DNA of 63,723 nucleotides, filler included, from Chrysochromulina tobinii (taxonomy: Eukaryota): NCBI GenBank assembly GCA_001275005.1. It is 8 parts of 8 records of this genome, joined end to end, with 100 filler letters (N's around TTAATTAATTAA, not from the genome) between each part and the next. Parts side by side here need not be neighbours in the genome. Positions count along the whole stretch, not along the records: positions 30,135 to 45,724 come from JWZX01000178.1; 7 more parts are not named here. One strand, given 5' to 3'. This document shows positions 33,926 to 44,345 of this stretch, piece by piece. Positions within the stretch are counted from its first letter, which is position 1. Each line of letters opens with the position of its first letter. A model generated the notes under the pieces. The model did no database searches, was not told the origin of the DNA, and saw only the letters and a program-made list of their open reading frames with translations. Both the position numbers and the translations under genes were made by a program.

Positions 33926-35971
33926 TCACGTGATGACCGACGGCTCGGTGCGGCCTGTGAACTCGACCAGCTTCGACACCTGGAGCGCAATCTCGCCGAG
34001 AGGCTTGATGACGTCAAAGGCGTGCAACGACAGGTCGCCCGTCGGGGGGGTGTACTTCTCGAGGTAGAGGCGGATGGTCGCACCCACGACACCAGTGCCC
34101 GAGAGGCGGAAGACGAAGCGCGAGCCGTCGGAGAACATGAAGCGGATGCCCTGGTTCTTGGAGATGGAGCCGTCGACGGAGTCGTTGTACTCGAACATGT
34201 CGGCCGACGAGATAGTCATGCCGTTGATCGTGGTGCCGATGAGCTTCGGCTGCTCCGCCACCATGGCCGCCATCATCTTCTCAGCGGCGGCCTTGTCCAC
34301 TCCATCGTAGTCGTAGCGTGCGTAGTAGTTACGCCCGTATTCGGCCCAGTGCGCCATGACGACGTCGGCGACGCCAACGAGCGGCTTGGACGGGTCGGTG
34401 TTCTTCGCGGCGAGGATCTGCAGCCACGCGAGCACCGCCCACATGCCGTCCTTCTCGCGCACGTGGTCGCCGCCGGTGCCAAACGACTCCTCGCCGCAAA
34501 TGAACGGGATGTACGAGGGCGAGTTGGGGAAGGCGGCCGAGCCCGAGTCCATCAGGTTTCCAAAGAACTTCCAGCCGGTGGGCACCTCGAAGAAGGGGAT
34601 GCCGAGCTTCTTGGCCACAAGGTCCGTCGCCATCGAGGTGGGCATCGAGCGCGCGCACGCCTTGAGCCCGCCCTTATACCACGGGATGCACTGGGCGTTG
34701 GCGACGATGACCGCAAGCGAGTCCGATGGCGAACAAAAGAACTTGGAGCCCATGATCATGTTGCGGTCAGCATCTCCATCGGCGGCGGCGCCGAAGGAGG
34801 GCGGTGGCTTGGGCGTCTCGATGGGGAGGCCCATCTTATTGAGGCCCATCGCCGCAACGAGCTCGACGGCGTGGGTCAGGTTCGGGTCGGCGTGCCCATG
34901 CGAGGGTGAGTCATGGCCGCCAAAGTCCTCCTTCGGCTCGGCGTTAATGCACGAGCCCGGGGCCGCACCGAACTCGCCGTAGAAGATGGCCTTGGCGTAC
35001 GGGCCCTGCACGCCATTCATCGAGTCGTAGATCATCGAGAAGTCCTTGCGCTCGAAGAGCTTCTTGATGGCGCCAAAGTCGAAGACCTTTTTGAGCAGCG
35101 CCACGTGATCCTCGACGCAGGGGAAGACGACGACTTCGAAGCCGTCGGCGAGCTTGTGCTTGGCCGGCGCGTCGAGCGCGACGTCCGGCAAGCCGCTGCA
35201 GATCTTGTACTCGGCGATCGTCGTCGTGTTCTTATAGATCTTGTCGGTGAGCTTCTCGGGCGCGGGGCCGCCATTCTCGCCGTTGTACTTGATTCCAAAG
35301 TCCTCGTCGATACCACCCGGGTTGTGGGACGCGGACAGGATGAAGCCGCCGATAGGTGCTGCGCCGCCGGCAGGGTCACGCGTGCGGATCACCGCCGACA
35401 TGGCCGGGGTCGAGAGCAGACCGCCTGTGCCGCACCAGACGCGCGTGACGCCTGCGGCCGCGGCCATCTTGATGATGATCTGGATGGCCGTCGAGTTGAA
35501 GTACCGACCGTCGCCAGAGACGCAGAGTGTGCCGCCCTTGACGGCCACACCCTCCGACACGAGGGCGTCGAAGACGGACTGCACGAAGTTTTGCAGGTAG
35601 CTCTCGCCCATGAAGGTGCGCGTCTTTTGGCGCAGGCCCGAGGTGCCCGGCTTCTGGCCGGCGATCGGCTTCGTAACAACGGTCGTCACCTCCATGGATA
35701 CCTTGGGGAGGAGGTATTTGCCTGGCAGCAGACGGGCGGATCGGGCCGTGGCGCGTGTGAGCGCGTGGCACATGCAAGCGCGCGAATCAAGTACGGACGG
35801 CATCGACAGGACGGATGCGGCGAGTGCTTCGTATCAAGGCGGCTGGAGATGGGCACCGATGAATTCGAGCGGGTTTGCGGGGCGAGCTTTGAGGGCCGCC
35901 GCCACAGCGTCGGCAATTTTGCGCTCAAGATCGTGCTTGGCGAGGTAGGCAGTCGACGATTCTTGCGACAT
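33926..35971 (-). CDS. PGM: Phosphoglucomutase with an N-terminal dimerisation/docking domain; exons 35971-35857, 35721-33926
   Basis: QKPGTSGLR, SASHNP, DGDADR, GEESFG, FRLSGTG..ATIRLY. The upstream exon MSQESSTAYLAKHDLERKIADAVAAALKARPANPLEFI/GKYLL joins in frame via GT-AG intron 35856-35722. Confidence 0.92.
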
Positions 35972-36438
35972 GTCTCACCTGTCCACACAAAAGGGTGTAT
36001 CCTGTGTGAAGGAGAGCGGCAGCTAGGTTTGAGAGCAGTGTGCGCGTCTGGAGCCAGATGCACCCCAGTCGATCGGGCTGGCACAGGCGTGGCGGACGCG
36101 GCGTGGCGGACGTGGCGTGGAGCACGGCGGTCCGGGCAAGCAAGGGTGACCGCATATGGCGCACCTTGGCTCGTCGCGCGGAGATTCGCTGTGTGAATGA
36201 AAACGAATCCTAATAGGGGCGTTCAGCGAAAAGATTCCTCAACCGCGATTCCATTCCTGCCAGACACTTTCTTGTTCTTTTTTTCATGACAACATAAGTA
36301 AAATCATGACAGTTCACTGTAAGCGTACGAGTACAATAGTAGTGTTCCGTGGGCTGTGGCGATCGTGGGACTCGGACTGGGTCCGCAGCATTGCAGATGC
36401 GACCGGGGGGGGCACATAACTGCCTCTCGCGATGCCTC

Positions 36439-37047
36439 TCATCCGACCATGCCACTCTTGAGGCCCTCGAGCTCAAGTTGATCGAGCGCGTCGAGCTCGT
36501 GCGGCTCATGGAAGGACGCATGCGGCAGTGCGATGAGAGTGGAGAGGATGACGACGTACACGAGCGAGTTGATCATGCCGGACAGCGTGACAACGAGGAT
36601 GCTGAAGGGAACGAGGACGAGGAGCTTCTCCCTCCGCCGGAGCTCGAAGCCCCCAATCGCAAGCGCCTCGTCCTGGTTGGTCAGCACGAAGCAGTACATC
36701 CAGGCAGCAGCAAGGACAAGGAGGCCTATGAGTAGCAGCGGCGAGCTCAGAATAGTCCAGCCCAAGACGAACACATAGATTATGCCGTAGAGGTAGCGAA
36801 AGTGGCTCAGGTTGGAGCGCACACGACGCAGGCATTCGGCCTGGTCGGCGGGCTTCGAGAACTGCGTGGGCGAGACGAAGGCCCGTGCAAGGATGGCAAG
36901 TTTGCCAAGTGCCATGCGTGTCTCCTCGGTGTTGCCGAGGAAGCCCCTGGCGCGTGCGACGATCGAGGACAGCCGACCCGCTCCTGAGGACATGGCGCCT
37001 TCCATCGCTAGTGACGCGAGCCCTGGATGCATGTGGCCCGCCGCCAT
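36439..37047 (-). CDS. PRA1 family (prenylated Rab acceptor) protein
   Basis: FSKP..RVRSNLSHFRYLY, paired hydrophobic segments, and a HASF motif near the C-terminus. Confidence 0.85.
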   Translation of the reverse strand: MAAGHMHPGLASLAMEGAMSSGAGRLSSIVARARGFLGNTEETRMALGKLAILARAFVSPTQFSKPADQAECLRRVRSNLSHFRYLYGIIYVFVLGWTILSSPLLLIGLLVLAAAWMYCFVLTNQDEALAIGGFELRRREKLLVLVPFSILVVTLSGMINSLVYVVILSTLIALPHASFHEPHELDALDQLELEGLKSGMVG

Positions 37048-37277
37048 GTTCCACAGACTTGCCGCGAGAAGGATCGACCGTGTTGGTTACGTTTTGGGTT
37101 TCGTGTATCTTTCCGCCGAAGTTCTTCTCCCCTACCACCCATCGCAGAAGAAATCATAAAAGTTGTCGTTTACATAGGCACTCAAAGCGTGCCGCGGCGG
37201 CGCGACGACCGCGGGTTCTTCGCGCGGATGGCGGGTTCTCGGCACGCGGACTGGCCTTTTTCCGTCGGACGTGCAGC

Positions 37278-40037
37278 ATGGTGAAGATCTCCTCAGGGCA
37301 CCAGGACGATGTCCCCGCGACGCCTGCGACGCGCATATCCAGTGCGAAGCTACTGCGACCTGAACTGCGACCGCCGCGGCCAATGTCTGCTACACCGTCT
37401 GCATACGAGGCAACAGTCATGATAAACACAACTGAGTTTATGAGCAAGCATGCCTCGTCTCCATCGACGCTTGTTATCGGGCGTCCACGCACGCCATCGC
37501 AGATGAGCGCGTCGCCAATCAGCTGCTCAGCTTCGACGCTCCCTTTGCGACCAGCTTCAGCATTTGGTCCATCTCATGGTGCATCGTGGCCATCGTCTGA
37601 GAGTCAGACGCAGCAGCGCCAGGCAAACACGTCGCCTGCAGTGCGCCGCTTCCAGGATCCATTTGCAGACCGTCTTCGCCTTCTGCCGCTTCGGCTACAG
37701 ATCGACCACCTCGAAAAGGAGCTGCGTTCTCGCAATGAGTCATCCCCTGAGCCTCGTCCTAGCAGCCCGGGCAGCAGGGCGAGTGGCGGCCGTCGCAGTC
37801 CTGGCAGCCCGAGCAGCCCGAGCAGCAGGCCGGGCATCGGCCGTCGCAGCCCTCGCAGCCCTCGCAGCCCTCGCAGCCCTCGCAGCCCTCGCAGTTCATG
37901 CAGCCCTGGCGGTCCTGCTCGACAAGGCTTCGTCGGCGGTCCACTTGCTGCAGGCGAGCAGGACGCTGCGCTCGCGCCAGAGGAGACAGCCTTCTCTCCT
38001 GAACGGCAACCCATGTCCATCGTGGTTGGAGTGCCGCCGCCCCTCGATCTACCACCCCCACTGGCCTCACTCTCACCGGCGCCAGTGGACGCTACCAAGG
38101 CGGCCGAGGGACCGATCTTCACTCTTTCAGCTGCTGCGCAAGTCCCAATGGTGCCGTCCACAGCCAAACCATTGATCCAGGTGCGAAAGCCTACCTCGGG
38201 CGCTGAAATCCTCAGGAAGGCCCGCGAACTCTCGCGCCCATACGGCGAGGCGCTCCCTGCGACGTGGGATGACATCTCGCGCGAGCAGAGACGGCTAGAG
38301 ACGCTCATGAAGCTCAGCCTCAAGCAAAAGATTGTGCGCACGAAGCCAGGGTGGTGGAAGCCCTCGCTGAGCTGCTCGGTCATCGATGACGCCCGGCGCT
38401 TTGACCACCAGCACGACAAGCACGTGCACGAAGCAGTCAGTGCTCTTCGCGGCGCGCAAGCAACACCCGCCGACGTCCCCATTACCAAGGAATTTGCAAC
38501 GGCGCTATTGGCCGTGCAACGCGAGCGACTGGTGGGGCAGAGACAAGGGCTAGGGGGAGACTTTGGGACCAAGGCCATCAAGAAGGACGATGGTGGCCGA
38601 AAGAGGTGGCGCAGTGCCGTCGTAGCCGTTACGGCGGAGAAGCCCAAGGCCGAAGAGTCCAGCATCTGGCAGCCGCGTGCAAAGCAAAGCGACTCGAAGA
38701 GCATTTTCGACTCGCAGGAATGTATGGAGCGCGCGTTCAACTGCGACTGGGAGAGGGCGCTCCACTATGGGATCGGGGAGTATGTACGCAAAAACCACGA
38801 CGATAACGACGCAGGTGAGGTAGAGAAGGTCCGTCGGTGCCTGCTCTCCAACGTGTGGCTGGTGTACTCGGCCTTCGACTACCTTGCCTCGCTGGGGTCC
38901 GGTGGCATCAACGCGATCAACTCGAACGCCTTTCTGTCGTTCATCAAAGAAGCCAAGCTTGTCGACCCGGCCTCCACAAATTGCAAGGCTGCACATCTCG
39001 ATCAGCTGTTCGTGCTGATCAATTCGCTCGAGCCGCCGTCGGAGAGGCGGTCAAGGCGTGCCTCTCCGACGCTTGCAGGCGATGGGGCAAAGAGGCCTGC
39101 GACGCCGATTGCAAGTGCCCCAACCACAGCGGCGCCCCCGGCTGCCGCCCCGGCTGCCGCCCCACCGCTGGCTCCTATGCTCTGGGGCAAGGCGCGGGCT
39201 GTCACGAAAGTTGTCGGGCTTCACTCGAGCGTGCGCACGTTCGAGCGCCACGAGTGGCTGCAAGCTCTCGTGCGGATTGCCATCATGAGGTACGTTCTTA
39301 AAGGCACGCGCTCCACGCCCAGAATTGCGGGCGTCTCAGAAGCAGTGCAAGTGCTCCTCACGAAGGACGTGGTGCCCAACCTGCCGCCGGAGCTGACGCA
39401 GACGTCGAACGATTATCGACGCGCTTACTGCTACACGGACGAGGTGGAACAGGTGCTGCGAGCGGAGAAGCCGTCGCTGCTCGCGATTTTCTCTGCCTTC
39501 ACGAGCGAGGAGCGTAAGGACCCCGGAAAATGGCCATGGGGGCAGCGCGTGTGTATGGATGATTGGCTGGACTTTGTTAGCGCCATGCAGTTGATTGATC
39601 AGGATCTCTCAGAGCGTGCTGTTGTCTTGGCATTCGTCTGGGCACGGATGCGCGTCGTTGACGAGTACGACGCATCGTGCATCAAGAAACTGGCGAGTTT
39701 AAGCTTTGAGGACTGGCTCGAATGCCTGTGCAGAATTGCGTTGCAGAAGGCGTGGCCGGACGAGAGCACGATGAAAGCCGCCGGCCATGACGACGCGCTC
39801 GAGTACCTGGTGTGGGCTCGCGCAAACAACGCGAACGCGCTCACTGTCCTCATAAAAGAGCGCGCCGTGCCCTGGCACCAGCCGCCGGCGATTCCGCCGT
39901 GCGAGTGCGTACGCCACCTCGTCAAAGGCCTGATCCGCCGTTGCGAGAAGGGCGCCGAGGTCGAGCCGAACGGCAAGGTCACCCTCCAGGAGGCGCGAAA
40001 ATTTAGGAAGACTGTCCTCGGGATCAAGCGCGGCTAG
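37278..40037 (+). CDS. Uncharacterised protein with Ser/Pro/Arg-rich N-terminus and conserved algal helical/EF-hand-like region (possible flagellar protein)
   Basis: Long intronless ORF with LVYSAFDYLA, HLDQLFVLIN, RHEWLQALVRIA, LAFVWARMRVVDE and LSFEDWLECLCRIA. Function is inferred only. Confidence 0.6.
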   Translation: MVKISSGHQDDVPATPATRISSAKLLRPELRPPRPMSATPSAYEATVMINTTEFMSKHASSPSTLVIGRPRTPSQMSASPISCSASTLPLRPASAFGPSHGASWPSSESQTQQRQANTSPAVRRFQDPFADRLRLLPLRLQIDHLEKELRSRNESSPEPRPSSPGSRASGGRRSPGSPSSPSSRPGIGRRSPRSPRSPRSPRSPRSSCSPGGPARQGFVGGPLAAGEQDAALAPEETAFSPERQPMSIVVGVPPPLDLPPPLASLSPAPVDATKAAEGPIFTLSAAAQVPMVPSTAKPLIQVRKPTSGAEILRKARELSRPYGEALPATWDDISREQRRLETLMKLSLKQKIVRTKPGWWKPSLSCSVIDDARRFDHQHDKHVHEAVSALRGAQATPADVPITKEFATALLAVQRERLVGQRQGLGGDFGTKAIKKDDGGRKRWRSAVVAVTAEKPKAEESSIWQPRAKQSDSKSIFDSQECMERAFNCDWERALHYGIGEYVRKNHDDNDAGEVEKVRRCLLSNVWLVYSAFDYLASLGSGGINAINSNAFLSFIKEAKLVDPASTNCKAAHLDQLFVLINSLEPPSERRSRRASPTLAGDGAKRPATPIASAPTTAAPPAAAPAAAPPLAPMLWGKARAVTKVVGLHSSVRTFERHEWLQALVRIAIMRYVLKGTRSTPRIAGVSEAVQVLLTKDVVPNLPPELTQTSNDYRRAYCYTDEVEQVLRAEKPSLLAIFSAFTSEERKDPGKWPWGQRVCMDDWLDFVSAMQLIDQDLSERAVVLAFVWARMRVVDEYDASCIKKLASLSFEDWLECLCRIALQKAWPDESTMKAAGHDDALEYLVWARANNANALTVLIKERAVPWHQPPAIPPCECVRHLVKGLIRRCEKGAEVEPNGKVTLQEARKFRKTVLGIKRG

Positions 40038-40505
40038 GAGCCCTGCTCCCCTGATGAGATAAACTCCAATCTCCATGCATGTTCTGAGGTACTTATAATA
40101 TGAGCACGATGTGTCCAAACAATTGTATAACAGTAAGCAACTTTTGCAGGGCATTCTCTGGGGCCCTCTCGTCTCCTCCGTGGGCGTCAGTCTGCGCTCC
40201 GGGTCCTACAGCTTCGAGCTTGGTCCTTGGAGTCGTGGACTTCTCTGGTAAGTGGTATGCGCCGGTGCCTGCTGCCTGGTGCCGGTCCGGTCTGCAGCGT
40301 CCCTCGCTCCCTCCTCCTTACTGGGCCCGGGGATCCTCATGGGGGACCTCGACTCATAATATGCACGCCCGCCCGGAATCCTTGTCGACTCTAAACTTTG
40401 ACCTGTGAACGGACTGGCCTGTGAAGATACGATGAAGGCGCGCGAATTCGTCCCGCGTGACATGCACGCGATGTCCATCCGCGCGCTTGAAAGAGAATTT
40501 TCAGC

Positions 40506-42085
40506 ATGTCCAACGACTTGTTGCAGTACTCTGAGTGCCACTCGCAGAGCGGTGGCCACGTGCGCTTCTCTCCAGACGGCCGCCTCATCGCGACCGCCGC
40601 GGGCTACCGCCTCGTGATCCGCGACGTGGACACGCTGCAAATCGTGCAGCTCTATGGGTGCGTAGATGCCATTGAGGATGTGGAGTGGAGCTTCGACTCC
40701 GAGTACGTGCTGTGCAGCATACCCAAACGGGGTGTCGCGCAGGTCTGGAGCGTGAGCAACAAAGAGTGGCACTGCAAGATCGATGAGGGACCTGTGGGCC
40801 TCGCACACGCACGCTTCAGCCCAGACGGCCGGCACGTGCTCGCCACGGCCGACTTCCGACTGCGCATCACCATTTGGTCGCTGTGCGATCGCTCCGTCTA
40901 CTACATCCGATTCCCGAAGCACGTGGGAGCCGGCATCGACTTCACACGCGACGGCACGGTGATGGCGCTCGCGGAGCGCACGGATGCACGCGACTCCGTG
41001 GGCCTCTTCCTGACCGATGGCTGGAAGCCGCTGCGCACGTTCCCGGTGGCGTCGACCGACCTGGAGGACCTCAAGTGGGCGCCGGGCGGCGAAGTGCTCT
41101 GCATCGTAGACACAATTCTCCAGTACCAGGTGCTTCTCTACTCCGCCGAGGGGCAGCTGCTGCAGACGTATAGGCCGTATGAGCACGCGCTTGGCGTAAA
41201 GACGTTTGAATGGCACCCCCTCGGGCACCTACTCGCAATTGGCTCGTACGACGAGCGCGTGCGTGTGCTCAACTCGCTCACGTGGCAGCGGCTCGCTGAG
41301 TGCTCTCACCCCACACAGGTGCATCCCTCCTTCTCGGAGGACGTAACCCTTGCCCGATCCCTGACCCTAACCCTAACCCTGACCCTGGTTCCCTAAACCG
41401 AACCTGAATCCGAACCCTGACCCGAAACCCGACCCCGACCCTGACGCTGGCCCACCCTACGCAGGTGCACCACTCCTTCTCTGAGGACGGTGTTGCGTGG
41501 GTCGAACCCGAGGCGGAAGGAGGGGGGTACGCGGCGCGCCGGTTGCCGTTGAGCGTGCCTGCGCTGCGCCCCAACCCAGACAAGGCCAAACCGATGATGG
41601 GCGTAGGCCTGCTCAAGTGGTCTGCCGGCGGCCGCTTCCTCTTCACGCGTAACGACAACATGCCGCGTGCCCTCTGGGTATGGGACGGCGCCACGCTGCT
41701 GCTCCACTCGGTGCTGCTGCAGCAAGGGCACGTGCGCGCAGCCGCGTGGCATCCGAAGCTCCAGTTGCTGGCGCTGTGCACTGGCGCGTCCAAGGTGTAC
41801 ATGTGGTCGCCGCGTGGCTGCCGCACGGCTCCGCTGCCCGCTGCGCACGAGCTGAGCATCACTCAGATCGAGTGGAATGCAAACGGCGACGCACTGATCC
41901 TTCTCGACGCGGACCGCTTCTGCGTGTGCTTCGTCTCAATCCCAGCCGAGCCGGACGAAGACGCCACCGACGCCGACGAAACTCCGCCGCCGCTCACTGC
42001 GGACGAGCTGGAGATGCTGAGAAAGATAGCGGCGGCCGAGCCGAAGACGCCTGCAAGGGGCGCCGAGGCCATCGAGATCGCGTGA
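40506..42085 (+). CDS. WRAP73: WD-repeat protein WRAP73/WDR8; exons 40506-41318, 41465-42085
   Basis: YRLVIRDVDTLQIVQL, EWHCKIDEGPVGL, ADFRLRITIWSL, YEHALGVK, IGSYDERVRVLN, TRNDNMPRALWVWD. Confidence 0.9.
41344..41445. repeat. Degenerate telomere-like (CCCTAA/CCCTGA/CCCGAA)n tract inside the WRAP73 intron
   Basis: ccctgaccctaaccctaaccctgaccc followed by ccgaa/cctga variants. Confidence 0.85.
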
Positions 42086-42448
42086 GATCGCGTGACACTA
42101 TACGAGTAACTGAGAGCCGAGAGCGGACGATGCGTGTGTCAGTAGCCAGCGCTGTGTGGTAGTTGCACGGTGCGCGCCGTGCGTGCACACCTGGGTACAT
42201 CTCAACGTCGTCTGCGACCCCGACGTGGGACGGCGCATGGACGGGCGTGAGACTCAGAACCAGGCACCTGGAGTGGCGTACCGCGAAGTAGATTGACGAA
42301 ACGTGTTAATTCACCTCATCGAACTGTGGGGTAGGAGAAGTCTCGGCAGCGCCGAACGTGAACGTGAACGTGAGTCTCGGCAGCCAGCGCCGACGGCCTG
42401 CACCAATCCCTGCACCGACGGCCGACGGCCACAGAAAGTTGTAGTGCG

Positions 42449-43858
42449 ATGAGAGTCCTGAACGCCCTCCTGCTGCCACTACTAGTGCATGGACGTGACA
42501 CGGCCAACTGCACGCAGCGCACAAAAATGTGCAACGGCGTGATGTGCGATGACCTTTGCAATATCGGCACTGTCCCGACCGATCCTTGGGTTGATGGCGG
42601 AATGGCCTTCATCCGTGAGCTGCAACGTAACGAGCCTCTGGTGCGCACGACGATGATCGGCACCCACAACAGTGCGATCACGCAGGCATACGGATTTGGC
42701 ATCGAGCAGGATTACATCAGCACGCTGCTGCCGCACTACCCCGTGTACACCTCTGACAACCTTGGCGAGGGCGTGTGCAATACATTCTCACTGCTCGACC
42801 AGCTGCGTATGGGCCTGCGGCACCTCGAGATTGACATCAACTCGGGCTACTTCAACGTGCCGTTCAAGGGACCCGCCGAGCTCGACAAGATTTACGTCTG
42901 CCACTCGCCCATTCCGCTCGACCCGGTGCTCATCGTCCAGGCCGACGCAGCGGCCAAAGAGAAGGGCATCGACCTCGGCTGGAACGCGACGAAGCTCTCG
43001 TGCATAGGAACGAACGTGCCGTACAAGAAAATGCTGCTCGAAATCAAGGGGTGGATGGACGCCAATCCCGAGGAGATTGTCATCCTCTACCTCGACGCCA
43101 AGCCAGAGAGTGTCTCTCTCAAGTCGCAGTGCAAGTCGGCCTACGACGACATGGAAGCCGTCTTCGGCAACATGATCTGGGCGGTCGAAGAGGGCGACCC
43201 GAGAGGCTACTCGCGCGAGCAGATGCTCCGGATGGGCAAGCGCGTCATCTTCGAGGATCACGACAACGGCTTCAAGGCAGACAGCAGGGATCTCGTCTTC
43301 GTGCCAGCGCTGTGGAATCATCAGATGGGCTCAGTGGCCCAATTCCCGGATTGCACGATCGAGGGCGAGGCTTTCGATTCGTGGTACGCGCCGGTCACGT
43401 ACAACGCGTCCTCGAAGATCAAAAAGAGCCTCGTGCGTGGCCTCGGCTGGGGGCGCAAGGGCGACGTAGGGACCAGGAGCATCGCCAATGCGATGGACTG
43501 CGCTGTGAACATCCTCTCACCCAACTACGTCCAGCCTGAGGACATTGAGAGTTATGTCTGGGCAGTCGACCGGGCCGCCTGGAGGCCGGGACTCACGAGC
43601 GGCTGCATGGGCGTGCTCCCGTCGGGCAAGATGGGCATCGTCGACACTGGGCCGCCCACATCCGAGTGCACGGCGCGCACGCCCATGGCGTGCCGCAAGG
43701 TCGAGGACGACACCCAGTGGGTCGTGGAGAATGCAAAGTGCCCTGCAGGGTACGTGAAGGCGGTGCCGACGACGGGCTATGCGCTCAAGAAGCTCGCGCT
43801 CGCCGCCAACGGGCAGACGGTCTACGTCGATGTGGCGCCCGACGGACGGTTGCTTTGA
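42449..43858 (+). CDS. Secreted PI-PLC-like phosphodiesterase (PLC X-domain fold)
   Basis: Signal peptide; GTHNS, SLLDQLRMGLRHLEID, YVCH, EIKGWMDANPEEIVILYLD. Confidence 0.8.
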   Translation: MRVLNALLLPLLVHGRDTANCTQRTKMCNGVMCDDLCNIGTVPTDPWVDGGMAFIRELQRNEPLVRTTMIGTHNSAITQAYGFGIEQDYISTLLPHYPVYTSDNLGEGVCNTFSLLDQLRMGLRHLEIDINSGYFNVPFKGPAELDKIYVCHSPIPLDPVLIVQADAAAKEKGIDLGWNATKLSCIGTNVPYKKMLLEIKGWMDANPEEIVILYLDAKPESVSLKSQCKSAYDDMEAVFGNMIWAVEEGDPRGYSREQMLRMGKRVIFEDHDNGFKADSRDLVFVPALWNHQMGSVAQFPDCTIEGEAFDSWYAPVTYNASSKIKKSLVRGLGWGRKGDVGTRSIANAMDCAVNILSPNYVQPEDIESYVWAVDRAAWRPGLTSGCMGVLPSGKMGIVDTGPPTSECTARTPMACRKVEDDTQWVVENAKCPAGYVKAVPTTGYALKKLALAANGQTVYVDVAPDGRLL

Positions 43859-44208
43859 ACGGAGGTTGCGTGGACCCGTGAGCGCTGCGGACGAATCGGA
43901 GTCGTCGTGAGCCCGCGCACAGGTCACAGGCACGGCACCACGTTTTTAAGGGTACGCGTTCCGGGCGTTGGGTACGCGTGATCATGTAGGGACGCGGTTA
44001 TGATCGGATAATAGCAAGAAGGCAAAGCACACAATACTCAAACATCGTGGAGACGCACATCCGATCAGTCTCCATGTGTGCACTCAGTCGTCAGTCCGTC
44101 TTCAGACTTCACTCAAAGCGGAACCGCAACCGGGCACCCGGCACGCCGGGCACGGGCACTCGGCACTCGACTGGTTTGGGAGTCGGCCGTAGCTGAAGAA
44201 ATCATGAA

Positions 44209-44292
44209 AACAGGCTGCGCATGCAATTCGGGTCTTGTTGTCAAGGCTGGAACAGGCTGCGCATGCAATTCGGGTCTTGTTGTCAAGGCTGG
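44209..44292. repeat. Perfect 42-bp tandem duplication upstream of the KpsS-like gene
   Basis: aacaggctgcgcatgcaattcgggtcttgttgtcaaggctgg x2. Confidence 0.9.
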
Positions 44293-44345
44293 AATTTGAC
44301 GAATCTCGATTGCGTGCACGTTCAGACCTGTGGTTCCAACCCACC

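Noticed and set aside
41344..41445. Telomeric repeats as a chromosome end
   Set aside because: Short, degenerate and inside an intron of an intact gene; reported instead as intron filler.
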